Shown here piece by piece: positions 23,301 to 38,300 of a stretch of 64,000 nucleotides of DNA (position 1 is the first letter of the stretch; each line of letters begins with the position of its first letter). The notes below the pieces were generated by a model that was not told where the DNA came from, made no database searches, and saw only the letters and a program-made list of their open reading frames with translations. Source of the DNA: Nemertoderma westbladi. Taxonomy: Eukaryota > Animalia > Xenacoelomorpha. The position numbers and the translations under genes were made by a program. The stretch lies in NCBI GenBank assembly GCA_032718475.1, contig JAUCBJ010001674.1, positions 1 to 64,000 of the forward strand. Direction: 5' to 3'.

Positions 23301-26300
23301 GGCTAAATGTTAATGTTGATAGGCTAAATGTTAATGTTGATAGGCTAAATGTAAATGTTGATAGGCTAAATGTTAATGTTGATAGGCTAAATGTTAATGT
23401 TGATAGGCTAAATGTAATGTTGATAGGCTAAATGTTAATGTTGATAGGCTAAATGTTAATGTTGATAGGCTAAATGTTAATGTTGATAGGCTAAATGTTA
23501 ATGTTGATAGGCTAAATGTTAATGTTGATAGGCTAAATGTAAATGTTGATAGGCCAATGTTAATGTTGATAGGCTAAATGTTAATGTTGATAGGCTAAAT
23601 GTAAATGTTGATAGGCTAAATGTAAATGTTGATAGGCTAAATGTTAATATTGATAGGCTAAATGTTAATGTTGATAGGCTAAATGTAAATGTTGATAGGC
23701 TAAATGTTAATGTTGATAGGCTAAATGTTAATGTTGATAGGCTAAATGTTAATGTTGATAGGCTAAATGTTAATGTTGATAGGCTAAATGTAAATGTTGA
23801 TAGGCTAAATGTTAATGTTGATAGGCTAAATGTTAATGTTGATAGGCTAAATGTAAATGTTGATAGGCTAAATGTAAATGTTGATAGGCTAAATGTTAAT
23901 GTTGATAGGCTAAATGTTAATGTTGATAGGCTAAATGTAAATGTTGATAGGCTAAATGTTAATGTTGATAGGCTAAATGTTAATGTTGATAGGCTAAATG
24001 TAAATGTTGATAGGCTAAATGTTAATGTTGATAGGCTAAATGTTAATGTTGATAGGCTAAATGTTAATGTTGATAGGCTAAATGTTAATGTTGATAGGCT
24101 AAATGTTAATGTTGATAGGCTAAATGTAAATGTTGATAGGCTAAATGTTAATGTTGATAGGCTAAATGTTAATGTTGATAGGCTAAATGTAAATGTTGAT
24201 AGGCTAAATGTAAATGTTGATAGGCTAAATGTTAATGTTGATAGGCTAAATGTTAATGTTGATAGGCTAAATGTAAATGTTGATGTTATGTTGATAGGCT
24301 AAATGTTAATGTTGATAGGCTAAATGTTAATGTTGATAGGCTAAATGTAAATGTTGATAGGCTAAATGTAAATGTTGATAGGCTAAATGTAAATGTTGAT
24401 AGGCTAAATGTTAATGTTGATGTTATGTTGATAGGCTAAATGTTAATGTTGATAGGCTAAATGTAAATGTTGATAGGCTAAATGTTAATGTTGATAGGCT
24501 AAATGTTAATGTTGATAGGCTAAATGTTAATGTTGATAGGCTAAATGTTAATGTTGATAGGCTAAATGTTAATGTTGATAGGCTAAATGTAAATGTTGAT
24601 AGGCTAAATGTTAATGTTGATAGGCTAAATGTTAATGTTGATAGGCTAAATGTAAATGTTGATAGGCTAAATGTTAATGTTGATAGGCTAAATGTAAATG
24701 TTGATAGGCTAAATGTAAATGTTGATAGGCTAAATGTTAATGTTGATGTTATGTTGATAGGCTAAATGTTAATGTTGATAGGCTAAATGTAAATGTTGAT
24801 AGGCTAAATGTTAATGTTGATAGGCTAAATGTTAATGTTGATAGGCTAAATGTTAATGTTGATAGGCTAAATGTTAATGTTGATAGGCTAAATGTTAATG
24901 TTGATAGGCTAAATGTAAATGTTGATAGGCTAAATGTTAATGTTGATAGGCTAAATGTTAATGTTGATAGGCTAAATGTAAATGTTGATAGGCTAAATGT
25001 TAATGTTGATAGGCTAAATGTTAATGTTGATAGGCTAAATGTTAATGTTGATAGGCTAAATGTTAATGTTGATGTTATGTTGATAGGCTAAATGTTAATG
25101 TTGATAGGCTAAATGTAAATGTTGATAGGCTAAATGTTAATGTTGATAGGCTAAATGTAAATGTTGATAGGCTAAATGTTAATGTTGATAGGCTAAATGT
25201 TAATGTTGATAGGCTAAATGTAAATGTTGATAGGCTAAATGTTAATGTTGATAGGCTAAATGTTAATGTTGATAGGCTAAATGTTAATGTTGATAGGCTA
25301 AATGTTAATGTTGATAGGCTAAATGTTAATGTTGATAGGCTAAATGTAAATGTTGATAGGCTAAATGTTAATGTTGATAGGCTAAATGTTAATGTTGATA
25401 GGCTAAATGTAAATGTTGATAGGCTAAATGTAAATGTTGATAGGCTAAATGTTAATGTTGATAGGCTAAATGTTAATGTTGATAGGCTAAATGTAATGTT
25501 GATGTTATGTTGATAGGCTAAATGTTAATGTTGATAGGCTAAATGTTAATGTTGATAGGCTAAATGTAAATGTTGATAGGCTAAATGTAAATGTTGATAG
25601 GCTAAATGTAAATGTTGATAGGCTAAATGTTAATGTTGATGTTATGTTGATAGGCTAAATGTTAATGTTGATAGGCTAAATGTTAATGTTGATAGGCTAA
25701 ATGTTAATGTTGATAGGCTAAATGTTAATGTTGATAGGCTAAATGTAAATGTTGATAGGCTAAATGTAAATGTTGATAGGCTAAATGTTAATGTTGATGT
25801 TATGTTGATAGGCTAAATGTTAATGTTGATAGGCTAAATGTTAATGTTGATAGGCTAAATGTAAATGTTGATAGGCTAAATGTTAATGTTGATAGGCTAA
25901 ATGTTAATGTTGATAGGCTAAATGTTAATGTTGATAGGCTAAATGTAAATGTTGATAGGCTAAATGTTAATGTTGATAGGCTAAATGTTAATGTTGATAG
26001 GCTAAATGTAAATGTTGATAGGCTAAATGTAAATGTTGATAGGCTAAATGTTAATGTTGATAGGCTAAATGTTAATGTTGATAGGCTAAATGTAATGTTG
26101 ATAGGCTAAATGTTAATGTTGATAGGCTAAATGTTAATGTTGATAGGCTAAATGTTAATGTTGATAGGCTAAATGTTAATGTTGATAGGCTAAATGTTAA
26201 TGTTGATAGGCTAAATGTAAATGTTGATAGGCTAAATGTTAATGTTGATAGGCTAAATGTTAATGTTGATAGGCTAAATGTAAATGTTGATAGGCTAAAT

Positions 26301-29300
26301 GTAAATGTTGATAGGCTAAATGTTAATGTTGATAGGCTAAATGTTAATGTTGATAGGCTAAATGTAAATGTTGATAGGCTAAATGTTAATGTTGATAGGC
26401 TAAATGTTAATGTTGATAGGCTAAATGTTAATGTTGATAGGCTAAATGTTAATGTTGATAGGCTAAATGTTAATGTTGATAGGCTAAATGTTAATGTTGA
26501 TAGGCTAAATGTTAATGTTGATAGGCTAAATGTTAATGTTGATAGGCTAAATGTAAATGTTGATAGGCTAAATGTTAATGTTGATAGGCTAAATGTTAAT
26601 GTTGATAGGCTAAATGTTAATGTTGATAGGCTAAATGTAAATGTTGATAGGCTAAATGTTAATGTTGATAGGCTAAATGTAAATGTTGATAGGCTAAATG
26701 TTAATGTTGATGTTATGTTGATAGGCTAAATGTTAATGTTGATAGGCTAAATGTTAATGTTGATAGGCTAAATGTTAATGTTGATAGGCTAAATGTTAAT
26801 GTTGATAGGCTAAATGTAAATGTTGATAGGCTAAATGTAAATGTTGATAGGCTAAATGTTAATGTTGATGTTATGTTGATAGGCTAAATGTAAATGTTGA
26901 TAGGCTAAATGTTAATGTTGATAGGCTAAATGTAAATGTTGATAGGCTAAATGTTAATGTTGATAGGCTAAATGTTAATGTTGATAGGCTAAATGTTAAT
27001 GTTGATAGGCTAAATGTAAATGTTGATAGGCCAATGTTAATGTTGATAGGCTAAATGTTAATGTTGATAGGCTAAATGTAAATGTTGATAGGCTAAATGT
27101 AAATGTTGATAGGCTAAATGTTAATATTGATAGGCTAAATGTTAATGTTGATAGGCTAAATGTAATGTTGATAGGCTAAATGTTAATGTTGATAGGCTAA
27201 ATGTTAATGTTGATAGGCTAAATGTTAATGTTGATAGGCTAAATGTTAATGTTGATAGGCTAAATGTTAATGTTGATAGGCTAAATGTAAATGTTGATAG
27301 GCTAATGTTAATGTTGATAGGCTAAATGTTAATGTTGATAGGCTAAATGTAAATGTTGATAGGCTAAATGTAAATGTTGATAGGCTAAATGTTAATGTTG
27401 ATAGGCTAAATGTTAATGTTGATAGGCTAAATGTAAATGTTGATAGGCTAAATGTTAATGTTGATAGGCTAAATGTTAATGTTGATAGGCTAAATGTAAA
27501 TGTTGATAGGCTAAATGTTAATGTTGATAGGCTAAATGTTAATGTTGATAGGCTAAATGTTAATGTTGATAGGCTAAATGTTAATGTTGATAGGCTAAAT
27601 GTTAATGTTGATAGGCTAAATGTAAATGTTGATAGGCCAATGTTAATGTTGATAGGCTAAATGTTAATGTTGATAGGCTAAATGTAAATGTTGATAGGCT
27701 AAATGTAAATGTTGATAGGCTAAATGTTAATGTTGATAGGCTAAATGTTAATGTTGATAGGCTAAATGTAAATGTTGATGTTATGTTGATAGGCTAAATG
27801 TTAATGTTGATAGGCTAAATGTTAATGTTGATAGGCTAAATGTAAATGTTGATAGGCTAAATGTAAATGTTGATAGGCTAAATGTAAATGTTGATAGGCT
27901 AAATGTTAATGTTGATGTTATGTTGATAGGCTAAATGTTAATGTTGATGTTATGTTGATAGGCTAAATGTTAATGTTGATAGGCTAAATGTAAATGTTGA
28001 TAGGCTAAATGTTAATGTTGATAGGCTAAATGTTAATGTTGATAGGCTAAATGTTAATGTTGATAGGCTAAATGTTAATGTTGATAGGCTAAATGTTAAT
28101 GTTGATAGGCTAAATGTAAATGTTGATAGGCTAAATGTTAATGTTGATAGGCTAAATGTAAATGTTGATAGGCTAAATGTAAATGTTGATAGGCTAAATG
28201 TTAATGTTGATAGGCTAAATGTAAATGTTGATAGGCTAAATGTAAATGTTGATAGGCTAAATGTTAATGTTGATGTTATGTTGATAGGCTAAATGTTAAT
28301 GTTGATAGGCTAAATGTAAATGTTGATAGGCTAAATGTTAATGTTGATAGGCTAAATGTTAATGTTGATAGGCTAAATGTTAATGTTGATAGGCTAAATG
28401 TTAATGTTGATAGGCTAAATGTTAATGTTGATAGGCTAAATGTAAATGTTGATAGGCTAAATGTTAATGTTGATAGGCTAAATGTTAATGTTGATAGGCT
28501 AAATGTAAATGTTGATAGGCTAAATGTTAATGTTGATAGGCTAAATGTAAATGTTGATAGGCTAAATGTTAATGTTGATAGGCTAAATGTTAATGTTGAT
28601 GTTATGTTGATAGGCTAAATGTTAATGTTGATAGGCTAAATGTAAATGTTGATAGGCTAAATGTTAATGTTGATAGGCTAAATGTAAATGTTGATAGGCT
28701 AAATGTTAATGTTGATAGGCTAAATGTTAATGTTGATAGGCTAAATGTAAATGTTGATAGGCTAAATGTTAATGTTGATAGGCTAAATGTTAATGTTGAT
28801 AGGCTAAATGTTAATGTTGATAGGCTAAATGTTAATGTTGATAGGCTAAATGTTAATGTTGATAGGCTAAATGTAAATGTTGATAGGCTCAATGTTAATG
28901 TTGATAGGCTAAATGTTAATGTTGATAGGCTAAATGTTAATGTTGATAGGCTAAATGTAAATGTTGATAGGCTAAATGTTAATGTTGATAGGCTAAATGT
29001 TAATGTTGATAGGCTAAATGTAAATGTTGATGTTATGTTGATAGGCTAAATGTTAATGTTGATAGGCTAAATGTTAATGTTGATAGGCTAAATGTAAATG
29101 TTGATAGGCTAAATGTAAATGTTGATAGGCTAAATGTAAATGTTGATAGGCTAAATGTTAATGTTGATGTTATGTTGATAGGCTAAATGTTAATGTTGAT
29201 AGGCTAAATGTTAATGTTGATAGGCTAAATGTTAATGTTGATAGGCTAAATGTTAATGTTGATAGGCTAAATGTAAATGTTGATAGGCTAAATGTAAATG

Positions 29301-32300
29301 TTGATAGGCTAAATGTTAATGTTGATAGGCTAAATGTAAATGTTGATAGGCTAAATGTTAATGTTGATAGGCTAAATGTAAATGTTGATAGGCTAAATGT
29401 TAATGTTGATAGGCTAAATGTTAATGTTGATAGGCTAAATGTTAATGTTGATAGGCTAAATGTAAATGTTGATAGGCCAATGTTAATGTTGATAGGCTAA
29501 ATGTTAATGTTGATAGGCTAAATGTAAATGTTGATAGGCTAAATGTAAATGTTGATAGGCTAAATGTTAATATTGATAGGCTAAATGTTAATGTTGATAG
29601 GCTAAATGTAAATGTTGATAGGCTAAATGTTAATGTTGATAGGCTAAATGTTAATGTTGATAGGCTAAATGTTAATGTTGATAGGCTAAATGTTAATGTT
29701 GATAGGCTAAATGTTAATGTTGATAGGCTAAATGTAAATGTTGATAGGCCAATGTTAATGTTGATAGGCTAAATGTTAATGTTGATAGGCTAAATGTAAA
29801 TGTTGATAGGCTAAATGTAAATGTTGATAGGCTAAATGTTAATATTGATAGGCTAAATGTTAATGTTGATAGGCTAAATGTAAATGTTGATGTTATGTTG
29901 ATAGGCTAAATGTTAATGTTGATAGGCTAAATGTTAATGTTGATAGGCTAAATGTAAATGTTGATAGGCTAAATGTAAATGTTGATAGGCTAAATGTAAA
30001 TGTTGATAGGCTAAATGTTAATGTTGATGTTATGTTGATAGGCTAAATGTTAATGTTGATAGGCTAAATGTAAATGTTGATAGGCTAAATGTTAATGTTG
30101 ATAGGCTAAATGTTAATGTTGATAGGCTAAATGTTAATGTTGATAGGCTAAATGTTAATGTTGATAGGCTAAATGTTAATGTTGATAGGCTAAATGTAAA
30201 TGTTGATAGGCTAAATGTTAATGTTGATAGGCTAAATGTAAATGTTGATAGGCTAAATGTAAATGTTGATAGGCTAAATGTTAATGTTGATAGGCTAAAT
30301 GTTAATGTTGATAGGCTAAATGTTAATGTTGATAGGCTAAATGTTAATGTTGATAGGCTAAATGTAAATGTTGATGTTATGTTGATAGGCTAAATGTTAA
30401 TGTTGATGTTATGTTGATAGGCTAAATGTAAATGTTGATAGGCTAAATGTAAATGTTGATAGGCTAAATGTTAATGTTGATAGGCTAAATGTTAATGTTG
30501 ATAGGCTAAATGTTAATGTTGATAGGCTAAATGTAAATGTTGATAGGCTAAATGTAAATGTTGATAGGCTAAATGTTAATGTTGATAGGCTAAATGTTAA
30601 TGTTGATAGGCTAAATGTTAATGTTGATAGGCTAAATGTTAATGTTGATGTTATGTTGATAGGCTAAATGTAATGTTGATAGGCTAAATGTTAATGTTGA
30701 TGTTATGTTGATAGGCTAAATGTAAATGTTGATAGGCTAAATGTTAATGTTGATAGGCTAAATGTTAATGTTGATGTTATGTTGATAGGCTAAATGTTAA
30801 TGTTGATAGGCTAAATGTTAATGTTGATAGGCTAAATGTAAATGTTGATAGGCTAAATGTAAATGTTGATAGACTAAATGTTAATGTTGATGTTATGTTG
30901 ATAGGCTAAATGTTAATGTTGATAGGCTAAATGTTAATGTTGATAGGCTAAATGTTAATGTTGATAGGCTAAATGTTAATGTTGATAGGCTAAATGTTAA
31001 TGTTGATAGGCTAAATGTAAATGTTGATAGGCCAATGTTAATGTTGATAGGCTAAATGTTAATGTTGATAGGCTAAATGTTAATGTTGATAGGCTAAATG
31101 TAAATGTTGATAGGCTAAATGTTAATATTGATAGGCTAAATGTTAATGTTGATAGGCTAAATGTAAATGTTGATGTTATGTTGATAGGCTAAATGTTAAT
31201 GTTGATAGGCTAAATGTTAATGTTGATAGGCTAAATGTAAATGTTGATAGGCTAAATGTAAATGTTGATAGGCTAAATGTAAATGTTGATAGGCTAAATG
31301 TTAATGTTGATGTTATGTTGATAGGCTAAATGTTAATGTTGATAGGCTAAATGTTAATGTTGATAGGCTAAATGTTAATGTTGATAGGCTATATGTTAAT
31401 ATTGATAGGCTAAATGTAAATGTTGATAGGCTAAATGTAAATGTTGATAGACTAAATGTTAATGTTGATGTTATGTTGATAGGCTAAATGTAAATGTTGA
31501 TAGGCTAAATGTTAATGTTGATAGGCTAAATGTAAATGTTGATAGGCTAAATGTTAATGTTGATAGGCTAAATGTTAATGTTGATAGGCTAAATGTTAAT
31601 GTTGATAGGCTAAATGTAAATGTTGATAGGCCAATGTTAATGTTGATAGGCTAAATGTTAATGTTGATAGGCTAAATGTAAATGTTGATAGGCTAAATGT
31701 AAATGTTGATAGGCTAAATGTTAATATTGATAGGCTAAATGTTAATGTTGATAGGCTAAATGTAAATGTTGATAGGCTAAATGTTAATGTTGATAGGCTA
31801 AATGTTAATGTTGATAGGCTAAATGTTAATGTTGATAGGCTAAATGTTAATGTTGATAGGCTAAATGTTAATGTTGATAGGCTAAATGTAAATGTTGATA
31901 GGCCAATGTTAATGTTGATAGGCTAAATGTTAATGTTGATAGGCTAAATGTAAATGTTGATAGGCTAAATGTAAATGTTGATAGGCTAAATGTTAATATT
32001 GATAGGCTAAATGTTAATGTAGATAGGCTAAATGTAAATGTTGATGTTATGTTGATAGGCTAAATGTTAATGTTGATAGGCTAAATGTTAATGTTGATAG
32101 GCTAAATGTAAATGTTGATAGGCTAAATGTAAATGTTGATAGGCTAAATGTAAATGTTGATAGGCTAAATGTTAATGTTGATGTTATGTTGATAGGCTAA
32201 ATGTTAATGTTGATAGGCTAAATGTAAATGTTGATAGGCTAAATGTTAATGTTGATAGGCTAAATGTTAATGTTGATAGGCTAAATGTTAATGTTGATAG

Positions 32301-35300
32301 GCTAAATGTTAATGTTGATAGGCTAAATGTTAATGTTGATAGGCTAAATGTAAATGTTGATAGGCTAAATGTTAATGTTGATAGGCTAAATGTAAATGTT
32401 GATAGGCTAAATGTAAATGATGATAGGCTAAATGTTAATATTGATAGGCTAAATGTTAATGTTGATAGGCTAAATGTTAATGTTGATAGGCTAAATGTTA
32501 ATGTTGATAGGCTAAATGTAAATGTTGATGTTATGTTGATAGGCTAAATGTTAATGTTGATGTTATGTTGATAGGCTAAATGTAAATGTTGATAGGCTAA
32601 ATGTAAATGTTGATAGGCTAAATGTTAATGTTGATAGGCTAAATGTTAATGTTGATAGGCTAAATGTTAATGTTGATAGGCTAAATGTAAATGTTGATAG
32701 GCTAAATGTAAATGTTGATAGGCTAAATGTTAATATTGATAGGCTAAATGTTAATGTTGATAGGCTAAATGTTAATGTTGATAGGCTAAATGTTAATGTT
32801 GATGTTATGTTGATAGGCTAAATGTAATTGTTGATAGGCTAAATGTTAATGTTGATGTTATGTTGATAGGCTAAATGTAAATGTTGATAGGCTAAATGTT
32901 AATGTTGATAGGCTAAATGTTAATGTTGATGTTATGTTGATAGGCTAAATGTTAATGTTGATAGGCTATATGTTAATATTGATAGGCTAAATGTAAATGT
33001 TGATAGGCTAAATGTAAATGTTGATAGACTAAATGTTAATGTTGATGTTATGTTGATAGGCTAAATGTTAATGTTGATAGGCTAAATGTAAATGTTGATA
33101 GGCTAAATGTAAATGTTGATAGACTAAATGTTAATGTTGATGTTATGTTGATAGGCTAAATGTTAATATTGATAGGCTAAATGTTAATGTTGATAGGCTA
33201 AATGTTAATGTTGATAGGCTAAATTTTAATGTTGATGTTATGTTGATAGGCTAAATGTTAATGTTGATGTTATGTTGATAGGCTAAATGTTAATGTTGAT
33301 AGGCTATATGTTAATATTGATAGGCTAAATGTAAATGTTGATAGGCTAAATGTAAATGTTGATAGACTAAATGTTAATGTTGATGTTATGTTGATAGGCT
33401 AAATGTTAATGTTGATAGGCTAAATGTAAATGTTGATAGGCTAAATGTAAATGTTGATAGACTAAATGTTAATGTTGATGTTATGTTGATAGGCTAAATG
33501 TTAATATTGATAGGCTAAATGTTAATGTTGATAGGCTAAATGTTAATGTTGATAGGCTAAATTTTAATGTTGATGTTATGTTGATAGGCTAAATGTAAAT
33601 GTTGATAGGCTAAATGTTAATGTTGATGTTATGTTGATAGGCTAAATGTAAATGTTGATAGGCTGAAGGTTTATGTTGATAGGCTAAATGTTAATGTTGA
33701 TGTTATGTTGATAGGCTAAATGTTAATGTTGATAGGCTATATGTTAATATTGATAGGCTAAATGTAAATGTTGATAGGCTAAATGTAAATGTTGATAGGC
33801 TAAATGTAAATGTTGATAGGCTAAATGTAAATGTTGATAGGCTAAATGTAAATGTTGATAGACTAAATGTTAATGTTGATGTTATGTTGATAGGCTAAAT
33901 GTTAATGTTGATAGGCTAAATGTAAATGTTGATAGGATAAATGTTAATGTTGATAGGCTAAATTTTAATGTTGATAGGCTAAATGTTAATGTTGATAGGC
34001 TAAATGTTAATGTTGAATGTTGATGTTATGTTGATAGGCTAAATGTTAATGTTGATAGGCTAAATGTAAATGTTGATAGGCTAAATGTTAATGTTGATAG
34101 GCTAAATGTAAATGTTGATAGGCTAAATGTTAATGTTGATAGGCTAAATGTTAATGTTGATAGGCTAAATGAAATGTTGAAAGGATAAATGTTAATGTTG
34201 ATAGGCTAAATGTAAATGTTGATGTTATGTTGATAGGCTAAATGTAAATGTTGATAGGCTAAATGTTAATGTTGATAGGCTAAATGTTAATGTTGATGTT
34301 ATGTTGATAGGCTAAATGTTAATGTTGATAGGCTAAATGTAAATGTTGATAGGCTAAATGTTAATGTTGATAGGCTAAATGTTAATGTTGATAGGCTAAA
34401 TGTTAATGTTGATAGGCTAAATGTTAATGTTGATAGGATAAATGTTAATTTTGATAGGCTAAATGTAAATGTTGATAGGCTAAATGTTAATGTTGATAGG
34501 CTAAATGTTAATGTTGATAGGCTAAATGTTAATGTTGATAGGCTAAATGTTAATGTTGATAGGCTAAATGTAAATGTTGAATGTTGATGTTATGGTGATA
34601 GGCTAAATGTTAATGTTGATAGGCTAAATGTAAATGTTGATAGGCTAAATGTTAATGTTGATAGGCTAAATGTAAATGTTGATAGGCTAAATGTTAATGT
34701 TGATAGGCTAAATGTTAATGTTGATAGGCTAAATGTAAATGTTGATAGGCTAAATGTTAATGTTGATAGGCTAAACGTAAATGTTGATGTTATGTTGATA
34801 GGCTAAATGTAAATGTTGATAGGCTAAATGTTAATGTTGATAGGCTAAATTTTAATGTTGATGTTATGTTGATAGGCTAAATGTTAATGTTGATGTTATG
34901 TTGATAGGCTAAATGTTAATGTTGATAGGCTATATGTTAATATTGATAGGCTAAATGTAAATGTTGATAGGCTAAATGTAAATGTTGATAGACTAAATGT
35001 TAATGTTGATGTTATGTTGATAGGCTAAATGTTAATGTTGATAGGCTAAATGTAAATGTTGATAGGCTAAATGTAAATGTTGATAGGCTAAATGTTAATG
35101 TTGATGTTATGTTGATAGGCTAAATGTTAATATTGATAGGCTAAATGTTAATGTTGATAGGCTAAATGTTAATGTTGATAGGCTAAATTTTAATGTTGAT
35201 GTTATGTTGATAGGCTAAATGTAAATGTTGATAGGCTAAATGTTAATGTTGATGTTATGTTGATAGGCTAAATGTAAATGTTGATAGGCTAAATGTTTAT

Positions 35301-38300
35301 GTTGATAGGCTAAATGTTAATGTTGATGTTATGTTGATAGGCTAAATGTTAATGTTGATAGGCTATATGTTAATATTGATAGGCTAAATGTAAATGTTGA
35401 TAGGCTAAATGTAAATGTTGATAGGCTAAATGTAAATGTTGATAGGCTAAATGTAAATGTTGATAGGCTAAATGTTAATGTTGATAGGCTAAATGTTAAT
35501 GTTGATAGGCTAAATGTAAATGTTGATGTTATGTTGATAGGCTAAATGTTAATGTTGATAGGCTAAATGTTAATGTTGATAGGCTAAATGTAAATGTTGA
35601 TAGGCTAAATGTAAATGTTGATAGGCTAAATGTAAATGTTGATAGGCTAAATGTTAATGTTGATGTTATGTTGATAGGCTAAATGTTAATGTTGATAGGC
35701 TAAATGTAAATGTTGATAGGCTAAATGTTAATGTTGATAGGCTAAATGTTAATGTTGATAGGCTAAATGTTAATGTTGATAGGCTAAATGTTAATGTTGA
35801 TAGGCTAAATGTTAATGTTGATGTTATGTTGATAGGCTAAATGTTAATGTTGATAGGCTAAATGTTAATGTTGATAGGCTAAATGTTAATGTTGATAGGC
35901 TAAATGTTAATGTTGATAGGCTAAATGTTAATGTTGATAGGCTAAATGTTAATGTTGATATGTTGAATGTTAATGTTGATAGGCTAAATGTTAATGTTGA
36001 TAGGCTAAATGTAAATGTTGATAGGCTAAATGTTAATGTTGATAGGCTAAATGTAAATGTTGATAGGCTAAATGTTAATGTTGATAGGCTAAATGTTAAT
36101 GTTGATAGGCTAAATGTAAATGTTGATAGGCTAAATGTTAATGTTGATAGGCTAAATGTAAATGTTGATGTTATGTTGATAGGCTAAATGTAAATGTTGA
36201 TAGGCTAAATGTTAATGTTGATGTTATGTTGATAGGCTAAATGTTAATGTTGATAGGCTAAATGTTAATGTTGATAGGCTAAATGTTAATGTTGATAGGC
36301 TAAATGTTAATGTTGATAGGCTAAATGTTAATGTTGATAGGATAAATGTTAATGTTGATAGGCTAAATGTAAATGTTGATAGGCTAAATGTTAATGTTGA
36401 TAGGCTAAATGTTAATGTTGATAGGCTAAATGTTAATGTTGATAGGCTAAATGTTAATGTTGATAGGCTAAATGTTAATGTTGATAGGCTAAATGTTAAT
36501 GTTGATAGGCTAAATGTTAATGTTGATGTTATGTTGATAGGCTAAATGTTAATGTTGATAGGCTAAATGTAAATGTTGATAGGCTAAATGTTAATGTTGA
36601 TAGGCTAAATGTTAATGTTGATAGGCTAAATGTAATGTTGATAGGCTAAATGTTAATGTTGATAGGCTAAATGTAAATGTTGATAGGCTAAATGTTAATG
36701 TTGATAGGCTAAATGTAAATGTTGATGTTATGTTGATAGGCTAAATGTAAATGTTGATAGGCTAAATGTTAATGTTGATAGGCTAAATGTTAATGTTGAT
36801 GTTATGTTGATAGGCTAAATGTTAATGTTGATAGGCTATATGTTAATATTGATAGGCTAAATGTAAATGTTGATAGGCTAAATGTAAATGTTGATAGACT
36901 AAATGTTAATGTTGATGTTATGTTGATAGGCTAAATGTTAATGTTGATAGGCTAAATGTAAATGTTGATAGGCTAAATGTTAATGTTGATAGGCTAAATG
37001 TTAATGTTGATGTTATGTTGATAGGCTAAATGTTAATGTTGATAGGCTAAATGTAAATGTTGATAGGCTAAATGTTAATGTTGATAGGCTAAATGTTAAT
37101 GTTGATAGGCTAAATGTAAATGTTGATAGGCTAAATGTTAATGTTGATAGGCTAAATGTAAATGTTGATGTTATGTTGATAGGCTAAATGTAAATGTTGA
37201 TAGGCTAAATGTTAATGTTGATAGGCTAAATGTTAATGTTGATGTTATGTTGATAGGCTAAATGTTAATGTTGATAGGCTAAATGTAAATGTTGATAGGC
37301 TAAATGTTAATGTTGATAGGCTAAATGTTAATGTTGATAGGCTAAATGTTAATGTTGATAGGCTAAATGTTAATGTTGATAGGCTAAATGTAAATGTTGA
37401 TAGGCTAAATGTTAATGTTGATAGGCTAAATGTAAATGTTGATAGGCTAAATGTTAATGTTGATAGGCTAAATGTTAATGTTGATAGGCTAAATGTTAAT
37501 GTTGATAGGCTAAATGTAAATGTTGCTAGGCTAATGTTAATGTTGATAGGCTAAATGTTAATGTTGATAGGCTAAATGTAAATGTTGATAGGCTAAATGT
37601 AAATGATGATAGGCTAAATGTTAATATTGATAGGCTAAATGTTAATGTTGATAGGCTAAATGTTAATATTGATAGGCTAAATGTTAATATTGATAGACTA
37701 AATGTTAATGTTGATAGGCTAAATGTAAATGTTGATAGGCTAAATGTAAATGTTGATAGGCTAAATGTAAATGTAGATAGGCTAAATGTTAATATTGATA
37801 GGCTAAATGTTAATGTTGATAGGCTAAATGTTAATGTTGATAGGCTAAATGTTAATGTTGATAGGCTAAATGTAAATGTTGATGTTATGTTGATAGGCTA
37901 AATGTAAATGTTGATAGGCTAAATGTAAATGTTGATAGGCTAAATGTAAATGTTGATAGGCTAAATGTAAATGTTGATAGGCTAAATGTAAATGTTGATA
38001 GGCTAAATGTAAATGTTGATAGGCTAAATGTAAATGTTGATAGGCTAAATGTAAATGTTGATAGGCTAAATGTAAATGTTGATAGGCTAAATGTAAATGT
38101 TGATAGGCTAAATGTAAATGTTGATAGGCTAAATGTTAATGTTGATAGGCTAAATGTAAATGTTGATAGGCTAAATGTAAATGTTGATAGGCTAAATGTA
38201 AATGTAGATAGGCTAAATGTTAATATTGATAGGCTAAATGTTAATGTTGATAGGCTAAATGTTAATGTTGATAGGCTAAATGTTAATGTTGATAGGCTAA

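Noticed and set aside
20840-36187. SLSTLTF and LNVNVDR repeat ORFs
   Set aside because: Translations of the 21-bp satellite.
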